From an uncultured Gemmatimonadota bacterium (lineage in GTDB: Bacteria; JAAXHH01): DNA of 64,000 nucleotides. Position numbers and translations under genes: made by a program. The stretch covers positions 3,488,001 to 3,552,000 of the forward strand of contig OX638340.1 in NCBI GenBank assembly GCA_951812955.1, given 5' to 3'. The notes beneath the pieces are model-generated. The model saw only the letters and a list, made by a program, of their open reading frames with translations, was not told the DNA's origin and made no database searches. Shown here one piece after another: positions 44,001 to 51,951 of the stretch (its first letter is position 1; every line of letters starts with the position of its first letter).

Positions 44001-46005
44001 CCTCGGACAGTTGACCGGCCTTGAAACTTTGTATCTGGACGGTAACGCCCTTTCGGGTCCGATACCCGCCGAACTCGGACAGTTGACCGGCCTGCAATGG
44101 TTGCTTTTGGACGACAACAACCTTTCGGGCGTGATTCCTGCTGAACTCGGACAGTTGACCGGCCTGCAATGGTTGCTTTTGGACGACAACAACCTTTCGG
44201 GCGTGATTCCTGCTGAACTCGGACAGTTGACCGGCCTGCGAAGATTGGGGCTGGGCAATAACAATTTTTCGGGGGTGATACCTGCCGAACTCGGACAGTT
44301 GACCGACCTGGGAAGATTGAGGGTGGACAATAACAATCTCTCTGGCTCGATCCCTCGCGAATTAGGTCAGTTGACAAGCCTCAGAACGCTGGATCTTGGC
44401 TCGAATCCCCTTCTGTCAGGCGCGTTGCCCGAATCTATTACGACGCTGCGACTGGAGACGCTTCTACTGGGTAATACGGCACTCTGCATGCCAATGACAA
44501 CCACATTTCGGACCTGGTTGCAGAGTATTCAGAACCACAGGGTGGCTTCTTGTCTCGAGTACACCGGCGCAACCGCGTACATGACGCAGGCCGCACAATC
44601 ACTGGCCCATCCCGTGCCGCTGGTAGCCGGTGAGGCTGCGTTGCTGCGCGTGTTCATAACAGCCGATTCGGACGTAGGAGCGAGCATGCCTCCCGTTCAG
44701 GCAGTCTTCTTCAACGGGAACCAGATCGTCCACTCTGTGGAGATCCCGGAACAGGATACGGCTGTTCCGGAGCGGTTTGAAGAGGGCGCGCTGATGTATT
44801 CAGCAAATGCGGAAGTGCCCGGAACGGTGGTGATGCCTGGTCTGGAGATGGTAATAAATATCGATACGATGGGATCACCAGGCGATGAATCGAACGTAGT
44901 CTTGCGAATACCTGAAACGGGTCGGCAGCCACTGGACGTGAGAACGGTCCCTCCGTTCAATCTGACCCTTGTACCCTTCCTGTGGATGGAAAGCCCCGAT
45001 ATTGGCGTGTTGGCGGAAACGGACGGCTTGACTGCCAACGATGACCTTTTCTGGCAAACGCGCAATCTGCTTCCTATCGCGGATTTCGAGGTAGCAGTAC
45101 GGGAGCCCGTCTGGACTGCGACGGATCCTCTCTATTCATATGAAATATTGCAGGAAACCAAGGCGTTACGGGTGCTGGACGGTTCTGACAGTTACTACAT
45201 GGGCATCCTCCGGGCAGGCGGCGGACAGGCCGAACTGCCCGGTACCTCAAGCGTGTCTGTCCTCGATGCAGAGGTTATCGCACATGAAATCGGGCACAAC
45301 ATCAATCTCTATCATTCCCCGTGTGGTGGCGCTGGTGGACCAGATCCGCTCTACCCCTATGACGACGGCTCGATCGGTTCCTGGGGTTACGATTTCCGTG
45401 ATGGCACCCTCGTCGCTCCCGGGACAGCGGATCTGATGAGTTACTGCAATCCGCAATGGATCAGCGAATATGGGTTCACCCGGGCTATGAATCACCGGGG
45501 CACAGCGCCGCGGCTGATGGCTGCCATCGCCCGATTCAGTTCGAAGGGACTGCTGGTTTGGGGAGGGGTAAATGAGGAAGGTGAATTGGAACTGGAGCCA
45601 AGTTTTGCGGTCAATTCCGGCCCATCAGTCCCCTTGCTGTCCGGACCTTACCGACTCACGGGTCAAGCCGCGGATGGCATCGTTTTATTCTCCGTAGACT
45701 TCGGAATGGCCGAACTGGGAGACGGACCGGGTAATGCCTTTGCTTTCGTACTACCAGTACAACCCGGCCGGGCGGAAAGGCTTTACACCATTACATTGTC
45801 CGGTCCCGAAGGCGTCGCAACCTTAGACAGGGACGGCGATCGCAGCGCTGCGCTGCTGTTGGATCGGGACACGGGAACAGTCCGCGGTATATTGCGTGAC
45901 TGGCTGGATCCTTCAAGCATATCACCCAGCGCACGGCCCACGCTTCCGGAGCCGGGTCTGGAGATCGTCGTAAGCCCCGGCGTTCCCGAACCGGATTCCT
46001 GGTAG
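41083..46005 (+). CDS. Giant surface lipoprotein (1640 aa): Pro-rich linker, two BIG2 domains, 4 LRRNT-like/LRR cassettes with Cys C-caps, C-terminal metzincin-like zinc metalloprotease
   Basis: Lipobox VLVTCGKDSPT. PPVQPPTPVQPPPAPQP linker. VLATLYNATNGINWADNTNWLSDRPLGTWYGV and similar caps. VIAHEIGHNINLYHSPCGG and DLMSYC. Tail PEPGLEIVVSPGVPEPDSW. Confidence 0.85.
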   Translation: MPISYRLSTIFNFHFFYSVVAVLSFFVLVTCGKDSPTQPRPPSQPPVQPPTPVQPPPAPQPSRITITPSLVNLMAIGQTTQLTASVLDQNGQPVPGAVVAWSSSDEDVATVSGQGLVTAVSNGTATITAMAGSVSATASVRVSQTAGSVKIDPDMATLMAIGETAQLTAVVLDQNGQPVPGAVVAWSSSDEDVATVSGQGLVTALSNGTATITAMAGSVSDSALVTVLVPRTDRDVLIAFYESTGGEQWTVRSNWLSVHPLETWLGVTVNSEGLVTEIDLPNNNLRGPLTSELGYLEELATLRLNHNQLTGHIPPELGRLAKLRHLVLSSNQLTGVIPTGLGQLTGLEELLLSFNRLSGSIPGELGDLKGLKRLSLSVNELDGPVPAELGRLKQLTSLRLDQNRLSGSIPLHLGGMTVLRSMVLADNQLTGAIPAHLSSLDNLEELVLDHNRLEGGIPSQLYRLANLKRLGLAGNRLSGGVPAFLGRLTNLTHLHLFSNRGLSGVLPRSFTGLQLEELLLEGTQLCVPPDDDYEAWLDQIPVKTVTTCSNLESSVLATLYNATNGINWADNTNWLSDRPLGTWYGVTTDADGYVTGIDLTNNNLNGSVPGELAGLSKLKSLNLSTNGFLRGQLPRELINLELRELLLEDTRLCAPPDAEFQDWLQTIPARSVSTCDDLDLNSLKALFALFNDTNGPGWHDRTNWNSDAPLEEWYGITVDEDGRITELNLAGNNLSGSLPADLAALTELERLDFSDNEGLTGPLPHEWTALTLEYLRVEGTQLCAPPDTGFQAWLNEIPEYGIPECTDTRPDWADTNPEWDVLELLYNSTNGKDWTNNENWLSEAPLDQWYGIKTDEEGRVTELNLEDNNLSGELPPRLGDLIGLTSLELSFNKLSGSIPAELGQLTALETLFLDDNALSGPIPAELGQFSGLRRLDLGWNDLSGVIPAELRQLTGLTSLGLRFNNLSGVIPAFLGQLTGLETLYLDGNALSGPIPAELGQLTGLQWLLLDDNNLSGVIPAELGQLTGLQWLLLDDNNLSGVIPAELGQLTGLRRLGLGNNNFSGVIPAELGQLTDLGRLRVDNNNLSGSIPRELGQLTSLRTLDLGSNPLLSGALPESITTLRLETLLLGNTALCMPMTTTFRTWLQSIQNHRVASCLEYTGATAYMTQAAQSLAHPVPLVAGEAALLRVFITADSDVGASMPPVQAVFFNGNQIVHSVEIPEQDTAVPERFEEGALMYSANAEVPGTVVMPGLEMVINIDTMGSPGDESNVVLRIPETGRQPLDVRTVPPFNLTLVPFLWMESPDIGVLAETDGLTANDDLFWQTRNLLPIADFEVAVREPVWTATDPLYSYEILQETKALRVLDGSDSYYMGILRAGGGQAELPGTSSVSVLDAEVIAHEIGHNINLYHSPCGGAGGPDPLYPYDDGSIGSWGYDFRDGTLVAPGTADLMSYCNPQWISEYGFTRAMNHRGTAPRLMAAIARFSSKGLLVWGGVNEEGELELEPSFAVNSGPSVPLLSGPYRLTGQAADGIVLFSVDFGMAELGDGPGNAFAFVLPVQPGRAERLYTITLSGPEGVATLDRDGDRSAALLLDRDTGTVRGILRDWLDPSSISPSARPTLPEPGLEIVVSPGVPEPDSW
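41347..41743. repeat. 255-bp tandem duplication (two BIG2 copies) with a 142-nt core identical except for one base
   Basis: 41347-41488 matches 41602-41743, with a single G/C difference. Confidence 0.85.
44089..44232. repeat. Perfect 2x72-bp tandem repeat (one 24-residue LRR, GLQWLLLDDNNLSGVIPAELGQLT)
   Basis: Read directly. Flanked by more diverged LRR units of the same period. Confidence 0.9.
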
Positions 46006-46063
46006 GATCGTTCGACGAGGACGGACGACCAGTCTTGTTGAATTCAATTCAGGATAGCGCTCT

Positions 46064-49000
46064 ATGATTCGACATACAAGACTCACATCGATGACGGTCA
46101 TCATGTTGCTGGCGCTGCCGATCCTGGTCAGGTGCGGCAGGGACAGCCCGACTAAGCCACAGCCGCCGACACCTGCGAGGATCACGGTCACGCCGCAGTC
46201 GCCGACCCCGACGGCTGCAGAACAGATTTCAACACGCGATGACTTGGTTAAGGACGAAAGCGGCGCGGAGATCGCCGATGCAGTTTCGGACAGGGCGGCG
46301 CTGATCGCACTGTATAACGCCACGAACGGTCAGCACTGGACGAACAATAGGAACTGGCTGAGCGAGGCGCCTTTAGGGCAATGGCATGGCGTGACGACCG
46401 ACGAGAATGGGCGGGTACAGCGGTTGAAACTGTTTCAAAACAACCTTTATGGACCTGTTCCAGCCGAGTTGGGAAGTTTGGAAAAGCTCGTTCAGATAGA
46501 TTTTGGGGCAAACAGGCTAAATGGCGTCATACCACCCGAACTGGGAAGTTTAAGCAAACTTGGAGATCTGGGGCTGGGTTATAATAACCTTTCGGGCGCC
46601 ATACCACCCGAACTGGGCAAATTGAGTAACCTTAGTTGGCTGTATCTGGCTGCCAATAACCTTTCGGGCGCCATCCCCGACGAACTGGGCAATCTGGTTA
46701 TAATGCGGTATATGAGTTTTAATAACAACCCCGGCCTGTACGGAACGCTGCCGCTGACTTTCACCAACCTTACTTCTCTGGAATCTCTGTACATAGGTGG
46801 CACGAAGATCTGCGCCCCGCCGACGCCCGAGATGGAGGCGTGGATAGCCACTGTTCCAGATCATGATGTCGCCACCACCTGCGCCGACCTGGATATCGAA
46901 GCGTTGACGGGGTTGTTTAACTCGACTGGCGGGTCGGACTGGACAAACAAAGAGAACTGGCTGAGCGATGCGCCTTTGAGCGACTGGTACGGCATAACGA
47001 CGAATGAAATCGGGCGAGTCAAGGGGCTTAGTCTACCAAATAACAACATGCGCGGGGTGTTGCCTCCGGAGATCGTGGATCTGGCCGCCCTGAGGAATCT
47101 GAACCTGTCTCTCAACGAGGGATTGGCCGGATCATTGCCCTTGAGATTCACCACGCTGAGTCTGGAGTCACTGCGTCTCGAAGGGACGCACGTTTGCGCA
47201 TCCCGGGACGCAAGCTTCCAGGATTGGTTAAATGGCATTCCGAATCGGTCCGTCGCAGACTGTGCCGAACTGGATACGGACGCGCTGGTTGCCCTGATCG
47301 GATTGTACGCGTCCACGGGCGGCAAGAACTGGACGAACAACGAGAACTGGCTGAGCCAGTCTCCCCTGTCCTGGTGGTACGGGGTGACCGTTGATGCCAA
47401 CGGCCGGGTAACTGAGCTGGACTTGTCCGATAACAATCTGAGCGGTGCTCTGCCCGCAAGTATGGGCAAACTGGTGGATTTGAAACTAATCGACCTGGGG
47501 GGCAATACCGGGCTCGTTGGACCACTGCCGGAATCGCTTACCGGGCTTCCAATTGAATCACTTAATCTTGAGGGCACCGGACTGTGCGCGCCTGCCGATT
47601 CAGGCTTCCGGTCCTGGCTAAACGGTATTGGTGGCACGTCCGGTGTCGACGACTGTGCGGAAGATCTTCCGGATTGGCAAGCGCTGGTTACTTTTTACAA
47701 TGAAACAAATGGATCGAACTGGGAGGACAATACCAACTGGCTGAGCGCCGAACCGCTGGATGAATGGTTTGGCGTGTCCACGGACGCTAGCGGACGGGTG
47801 ACTGCTCTGGAGCTTGCCTGGAACAACCTTTTGGGGCCGTTACCTGCCGCCCTGAGTCGTCTGGACAAGCTTGAACGCCTGAATTTAGGAGCAAACGAAC
47901 TGTCCGGCCCTATCCCACCCGATCTGGGCAAGCTGGAAAACCTTCGAGTACTGAATCTGTTCTTTTGTTGGATTTCGGGAACGATACCGCCCGAACTGGG
48001 GAGGTTGACCAATCTTGAAATACTTGATCTCAGTGCGAATGGCAGGACGCTAACCGGCACGCTGCCCGTGGAGCTTGGGAAGCTGGCCAAACTCAAAGTC
48101 CTGGATCTCGGTGGTAACGGTCTGTACGGGCCCATACCGGAAGAGTTGAGCCGTTTGGCGGAGCTCGAGGTCCTGGATCTGCGATGGAACGGTTTTTCTG
48201 GGTCAATTCCCAGAGTATTTGGAAAACTGGCCAATCTCACAGTGTTGCGTCTCAACGGAAACAAGGTGTCGGGCGGGATACCGAGGGAGTTGGGGCTGTT
48301 GTCCGAAATTGAAATTTTGGATATGGGCCGTAATGGCCTGGCGGGGCCGGTACCCGGGGAGTTCGAAAATCTGACCAATCTGAGTGGCTTAAACTTAAGT
48401 AGAAACAATCTGTCCGGCTCGATCCCCGCTGAATTGAGTCATATGAACGCACTGGAGACATTGGATCTTTCATACAATAAACTAACTGCTTCGGTACCTG
48501 GTGGACTGGGTAGGTTGGCCAATTTAAGAGAACTGGTATTGGCCGGAAACACCGGAATGGCCGGACCGTTGCCGGCTGAATTCGTAGAGCTGAATCTCGA
48601 AACGCTCATGTTGGGTGATACCGGGCTCTGCGCGCCACGGGACGCCGAATTTCAGAGCTGGCTTCGTTTCGTTCAGAACAGCCGGGTGACTCCGTGTGCC
48701 GTCCCGGTGGAGGCAACGGCCTACCTGACCCAGGCGAGTCAGTCCCTGGACCATCCCGTCCCCCTGGTCGCGGGCGAAGACGCGCTGTTGCGGGTTTTCC
48801 TGAAGGCCGACGGGGAAACCGACATCCCCATCCCTCCGGTCCGGGCTTCGTTCTATCAAGGCGGCGGGGTTGTCTATATTGCTGATGCACCGGGCGAGGC
48901 TTCGGACGTACCGGCTTCCTTCGAGGAAGAGACACTGACCGCCACGGCCAACGTACGCGTACCGGGTTCTGTAGTGATACCGGGTGTCGAGTTGGTGGTC

Positions 49001-50176
49001 GAGATCGATCCCGACAGGACGTTGGACTCCGCGCTCGGTATCGCCGGCCGCATCCCCGAGACGGGAAGGATTACGCCGGATGTGCGAGAGCTTCCGACCT
49101 TCGATCTGACGCTGATCCCTTTTTTATGGACAGAAGGTCCCGATCATTCCGTGTTGTCCGCAATCGAAGGGCTCACGCCGGAATCCGATCTGATGCGGCC
49201 GACCCGAGATCTGCTGCCGGTGAGCGACTTCCAGTTGTCGGTGCACGCGCCGGTATGGACTTCAGTGGATCCCGTATCCGATAACGTAGGCGATCTCGGA
49301 CCCGAATTGGAGGCCATCTATGCCCTTGAAGGAGAAACAGGCTACTATATGGGCATCTTCAGACTGGCCGGACCGCAGGGCGGACTACTGGGGATAGCTC
49401 AGGATATACCCAGCTACTTGAGTTTCTCCATCCTCGATCCTTACGTCATTGCACATGAACTGGGGCACAACCTGAATCTCTATCATGCGCCATGCGGCGG
49501 TGCTCGCGGCCCCGATCCGTTCTACCCATATGGGGATGGTTCCATTGGGGTTTCCGGATACGATATGATGAATGAATCCCTGGTGAGTCCGCAAACCTGG
49601 GACCTGATGAGTTATTGCGAACCGATGTGGATCAGCGACTATTCCTTTTCCAGGGCGTTGAGCCATCGAATCGCGCTGGGCGCTACGATCCCGCCGGCTT
49701 TTGCGGCCGTCACGAGAGGCCTGCTGGTCTGGGGGGGTCTGGACGAAGCCGGGGAACTCACCCTCGAGCCCGCCTTTGTAGTTGACGCGCCGCTTAAGCT
49801 GCCGGAATCCGATGGTCCGTATACCATCAGGGGAGAGCGCGAAGACGGCAGCAATCTGTTCTCACTTTCCTTTGCCATATCGGAATACGCCGATACCGAG
49901 GGAGGATCCTTCGCTTTCATTGTCCCCGTGCGGGAGACCTGGCCCGGAAACCTGCACCGTATAACGCTTTCCGGTCCCGGGGGGTTTGCCGAGATCGACG
50001 GAGACGGGGACCGTTACATGGCGCTCATGCGGGACAGCGTAACCGGCGAGGTCAGAGGCATTCTCAGAGACTGGCCTGATCCATCGGATACCTCGGCAGC
50101 GGGCCGGCGTATCCCGCCCGAACCCGGGATGGAAATAACAGTCAGCGGTGGTGTTCCCGATCGGGATTCGTGGTAG
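46064..50176 (+). CDS. Giant surface lipoprotein (1370 aa): 4 LRRNT-like/LRR cassettes with Cys C-caps plus C-terminal metzincin-like zinc metalloprotease; 58 nt downstream of the 41083 gene
   Basis: Lipobox ILVRCGRDSPT. ALIALYNATNGQHWTNNRNWLSEAPLGQWHGV. VIAHELGHNLNLYHAPCGG and DLMSYC. Tail PEPGMEITVSGGVPDRDSW. Confidence 0.85.
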   Translation: MIRHTRLTSMTVIMLLALPILVRCGRDSPTKPQPPTPARITVTPQSPTPTAAEQISTRDDLVKDESGAEIADAVSDRAALIALYNATNGQHWTNNRNWLSEAPLGQWHGVTTDENGRVQRLKLFQNNLYGPVPAELGSLEKLVQIDFGANRLNGVIPPELGSLSKLGDLGLGYNNLSGAIPPELGKLSNLSWLYLAANNLSGAIPDELGNLVIMRYMSFNNNPGLYGTLPLTFTNLTSLESLYIGGTKICAPPTPEMEAWIATVPDHDVATTCADLDIEALTGLFNSTGGSDWTNKENWLSDAPLSDWYGITTNEIGRVKGLSLPNNNMRGVLPPEIVDLAALRNLNLSLNEGLAGSLPLRFTTLSLESLRLEGTHVCASRDASFQDWLNGIPNRSVADCAELDTDALVALIGLYASTGGKNWTNNENWLSQSPLSWWYGVTVDANGRVTELDLSDNNLSGALPASMGKLVDLKLIDLGGNTGLVGPLPESLTGLPIESLNLEGTGLCAPADSGFRSWLNGIGGTSGVDDCAEDLPDWQALVTFYNETNGSNWEDNTNWLSAEPLDEWFGVSTDASGRVTALELAWNNLLGPLPAALSRLDKLERLNLGANELSGPIPPDLGKLENLRVLNLFFCWISGTIPPELGRLTNLEILDLSANGRTLTGTLPVELGKLAKLKVLDLGGNGLYGPIPEELSRLAELEVLDLRWNGFSGSIPRVFGKLANLTVLRLNGNKVSGGIPRELGLLSEIEILDMGRNGLAGPVPGEFENLTNLSGLNLSRNNLSGSIPAELSHMNALETLDLSYNKLTASVPGGLGRLANLRELVLAGNTGMAGPLPAEFVELNLETLMLGDTGLCAPRDAEFQSWLRFVQNSRVTPCAVPVEATAYLTQASQSLDHPVPLVAGEDALLRVFLKADGETDIPIPPVRASFYQGGGVVYIADAPGEASDVPASFEEETLTATANVRVPGSVVIPGVELVVEIDPDRTLDSALGIAGRIPETGRITPDVRELPTFDLTLIPFLWTEGPDHSVLSAIEGLTPESDLMRPTRDLLPVSDFQLSVHAPVWTSVDPVSDNVGDLGPELEAIYALEGETGYYMGIFRLAGPQGGLLGIAQDIPSYLSFSILDPYVIAHELGHNLNLYHAPCGGARGPDPFYPYGDGSIGVSGYDMMNESLVSPQTWDLMSYCEPMWISDYSFSRALSHRIALGATIPPAFAAVTRGLLVWGGLDEAGELTLEPAFVVDAPLKLPESDGPYTIRGEREDGSNLFSLSFAISEYADTEGGSFAFIVPVRETWPGNLHRITLSGPGGFAEIDGDGDRYMALMRDSVTGEVRGILRDWPDPSDTSAAGRRIPPEPGMEITVSGGVPDRDSW

Positions 50177-50242
50177 TATCAGCGCTTCGGCTAACTGAGT
50201 CTGCACACGTCAGAAGCCACGCACCCGGCCTTCGAACCCGCC

Positions 50243-50300
50243 ACCCTGCGGGACTGAGTCTGGGTTGAATCCTATTGTATCTCCCCGGCTGACTCCTGCT
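50243..50300. repeat. Right copy of the imperfect direct repeat (CCCTGCGGGACTGAGTCTGGGTTGAATCCTATTGTATCTCC)
   Basis: Matches 36003-36070. Non-coding here, 67 nt after the stop of gene 46064. Confidence 0.45.
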
Positions 50301-50576
50301 GTTTTATTACTCCCTCCTCACTTTTATTTAAAAAAGCAACGAGATCTGCACGAAGATCTCCGACTAATACATTGTAACGGTCAGGCTTCTTTCTTGCAGA
50401 TGCTGAAGAGGTCTAGAGCGATACCGCCGGCAATACATTATGTAAACGAGTTCGCCGGACGTTTCAATGACCGAGACAAGGAACGACCCTGTGTCAGATA
50501 GAGAACATGGTTACGGGTATAGGCGGTATACGATTACATTGTACCGAATGACACCAGTCTGGAGAGGAGCCAGACG

Positions 50577-50828
50577 ATGACCGTAATGTCCCGCGAAAAC
50601 TGGGCCTTTGGAGCGCAGATCGTGTCAGCTATTGGCATCCTCGTTATCGCGATTGTCACCTTCAGCGATCAATCCAACAAGGAATTCCGGGATGAGATTC
50701 GGACCGAATTGACCGGGTTGCGCACGGACATGCGATCCGAATTTGCCTTGATTCGTTCCGAAATTCATGATCTGAACACACGCCTCGGTCGGGTCGAAGG
50801 TTACTTTCGCGTGTCTGGTAACGAGTAG
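50577..50828 (+). CDS. Small single-pass membrane protein with a C-terminal coiled coil (paralog 1 of 3)
   Basis: GGAGAGGAG RBS. TM segment FGAQIVSAIGILVIAIVTF. Heptad-like EIRTELTGLRTDMRSEFALIRSEIHDLNTRLGRVEG. Confidence 0.5.
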   Translation: MTVMSRENWAFGAQIVSAIGILVIAIVTFSDQSNKEFRDEIRTELTGLRTDMRSEFALIRSEIHDLNTRLGRVEGYFRVSGNE

Positions 50829-50953
50829 AGATGATTCCTGCATTCAACGTCTACCGAAGAGCGAGATGAATAGCGATCATTGATGAGTAGCGAAATCTGA
50901 TGAATGGCGAAATCTGATGAAGATCAGTGCGATTAGATACTGAGGAGTCAGTA

Positions 50954-51166
50954 ATGGGTGAAAACGGGATGAGAGATTGGTCGTGGACTCCGATTCTTAC
51001 CATGGCCGGTATGCAGGTTATGATGACCGGTATAATTGTTACAATCATGCTCTACTTAAACAGTGATCTAAGTAATAGGATGCTATCGGTGGAAGAGAAA
51101 TTGAGAGACTTGAATGAAGATGTATCAGGACTGGAGACCAGGCTCGATGAGAGAAAGCAAGAATAG
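50954..51166 (+). CDS. Small single-pass membrane protein with a C-terminal coiled coil (paralog 2 of 3)
   Basis: GAGGAG RBS before the ATG at 50954. TM segment WTPILTMAGMQVMMTGIIVTIMLY. Coiled coil VEEKLRDLNEDVSGLETRLDE. Confidence 0.45.
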   Translation: MGENGMRDWSWTPILTMAGMQVMMTGIIVTIMLYLNSDLSNRMLSVEEKLRDLNEDVSGLETRLDERKQE

Positions 51167-51208
51167 TCAAAGTAGAAACTTGATCTGATCTCAAGGACGC
51201 AGGGTACT

Positions 51209-51502
51209 ATGGAAATCGCTCAACTGGTCGTATCGCCGGCTATCTTGCTGGGAGCATTCATCTTCTTCTGGAAGGAATCCAAAGCGGGAAGAATGGAGCT
51301 GGAAACCCGGCTGGTAAAGCGCATGGATCGCATAGAGGACAGGCTGGATGCACGCATCGTCTCCCTGGAGGACAAGATGGATGCGCGCTTTATCGCTCTG
51401 GAGGACAAGATGGATGCGCGTTTTATCTCTCTGGAGGACAAGATGGATACGCGCATTGGCCGGCTGGAAGGGGTGCTCATCACACAACAGAAGGTGTCCT
51501 GA
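51209..51502 (+). CDS. Small single-pass membrane protein with a C-terminal coiled coil built from three 30-nt repeats (paralog 3 of 3)
   Basis: TM segment LVVSPAILLGAFIFFW. SLEDKMDARFIALEDKMDARFISLEDKMDTRIGRLEG. Confidence 0.5.
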   Translation: MEIAQLVVSPAILLGAFIFFWKESKAGRMELETRLVKRMDRIEDRLDARIVSLEDKMDARFIALEDKMDARFISLEDKMDTRIGRLEGVLITQQKVS

Positions 51503-51516
51503 TCAACGAGTGGAAA

Positions 51517-51951
51517 CTACCTCTCGGATCGCACCACCAGCGTCCGCGCGATGAGATCGTGAAAGGCCTGTCTGTGCTGCGTGAAGACCGCGGCGAGGTA
51601 GCCCGGCCAGAGGACGGGGAGGCACTTGGGAATGGCTCTGAGTGCGGCGCGGCCGAAGGTGGGGGTATATCCCTCGGCGTCGGCCACCCGGATGCCGAGG
51701 ATCATCTTGCCGATCGTGGCGCCGCGCGGTGAACTCTCCATGGCCGCGTAGTAGAACCAGGGCATGAACAACTGGAATGCGCTCATCAGGGGGAGGGTTA
51801 CGGGGTCGGAGTCGGCGCCCAAATATTCGACCGCCAGCGCAATCACCGCGGAGGCCGCGGTGAGGATCGCCAGGTCGATGGCAAAAGCGCCGATCCGCTG
51901 CAGGTGGCCGGCATAGTCTTCGGACAGGGAGTAGCCGGAAATGAAGGTCAC
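51517..51951 (-). CDS. RDD-family membrane protein
   Basis: LQRIGAFAIDLAILTAASAVIALAV ... GATIGKMILGIRV. Probable GTG start at 51951 with GGAGGT RBS, overlapping the upstream stop (GTGA). Confidence 0.55.
   Translation of the reverse strand: MTFISGYSLSEDYAGHLQRIGAFAIDLAILTAASAVIALAVEYLGADSDPVTLPLMSAFQLFMPWFYYAAMESSPRGATIGKMILGIRVADAEGYTPTFGRAALRAIPKCLPVLWPGYLAAVFTQHRQAFHDLIARTLVVRSER

Noticed and set aside
50265-50501. 78-aa ORF in the gap after the 46064 gene
   Set aside because: No RBS and an odd composition. It overlaps the conserved non-coding motif at 50341-50380 and the right direct repeat. Probably non-coding, so not listed as a feature.
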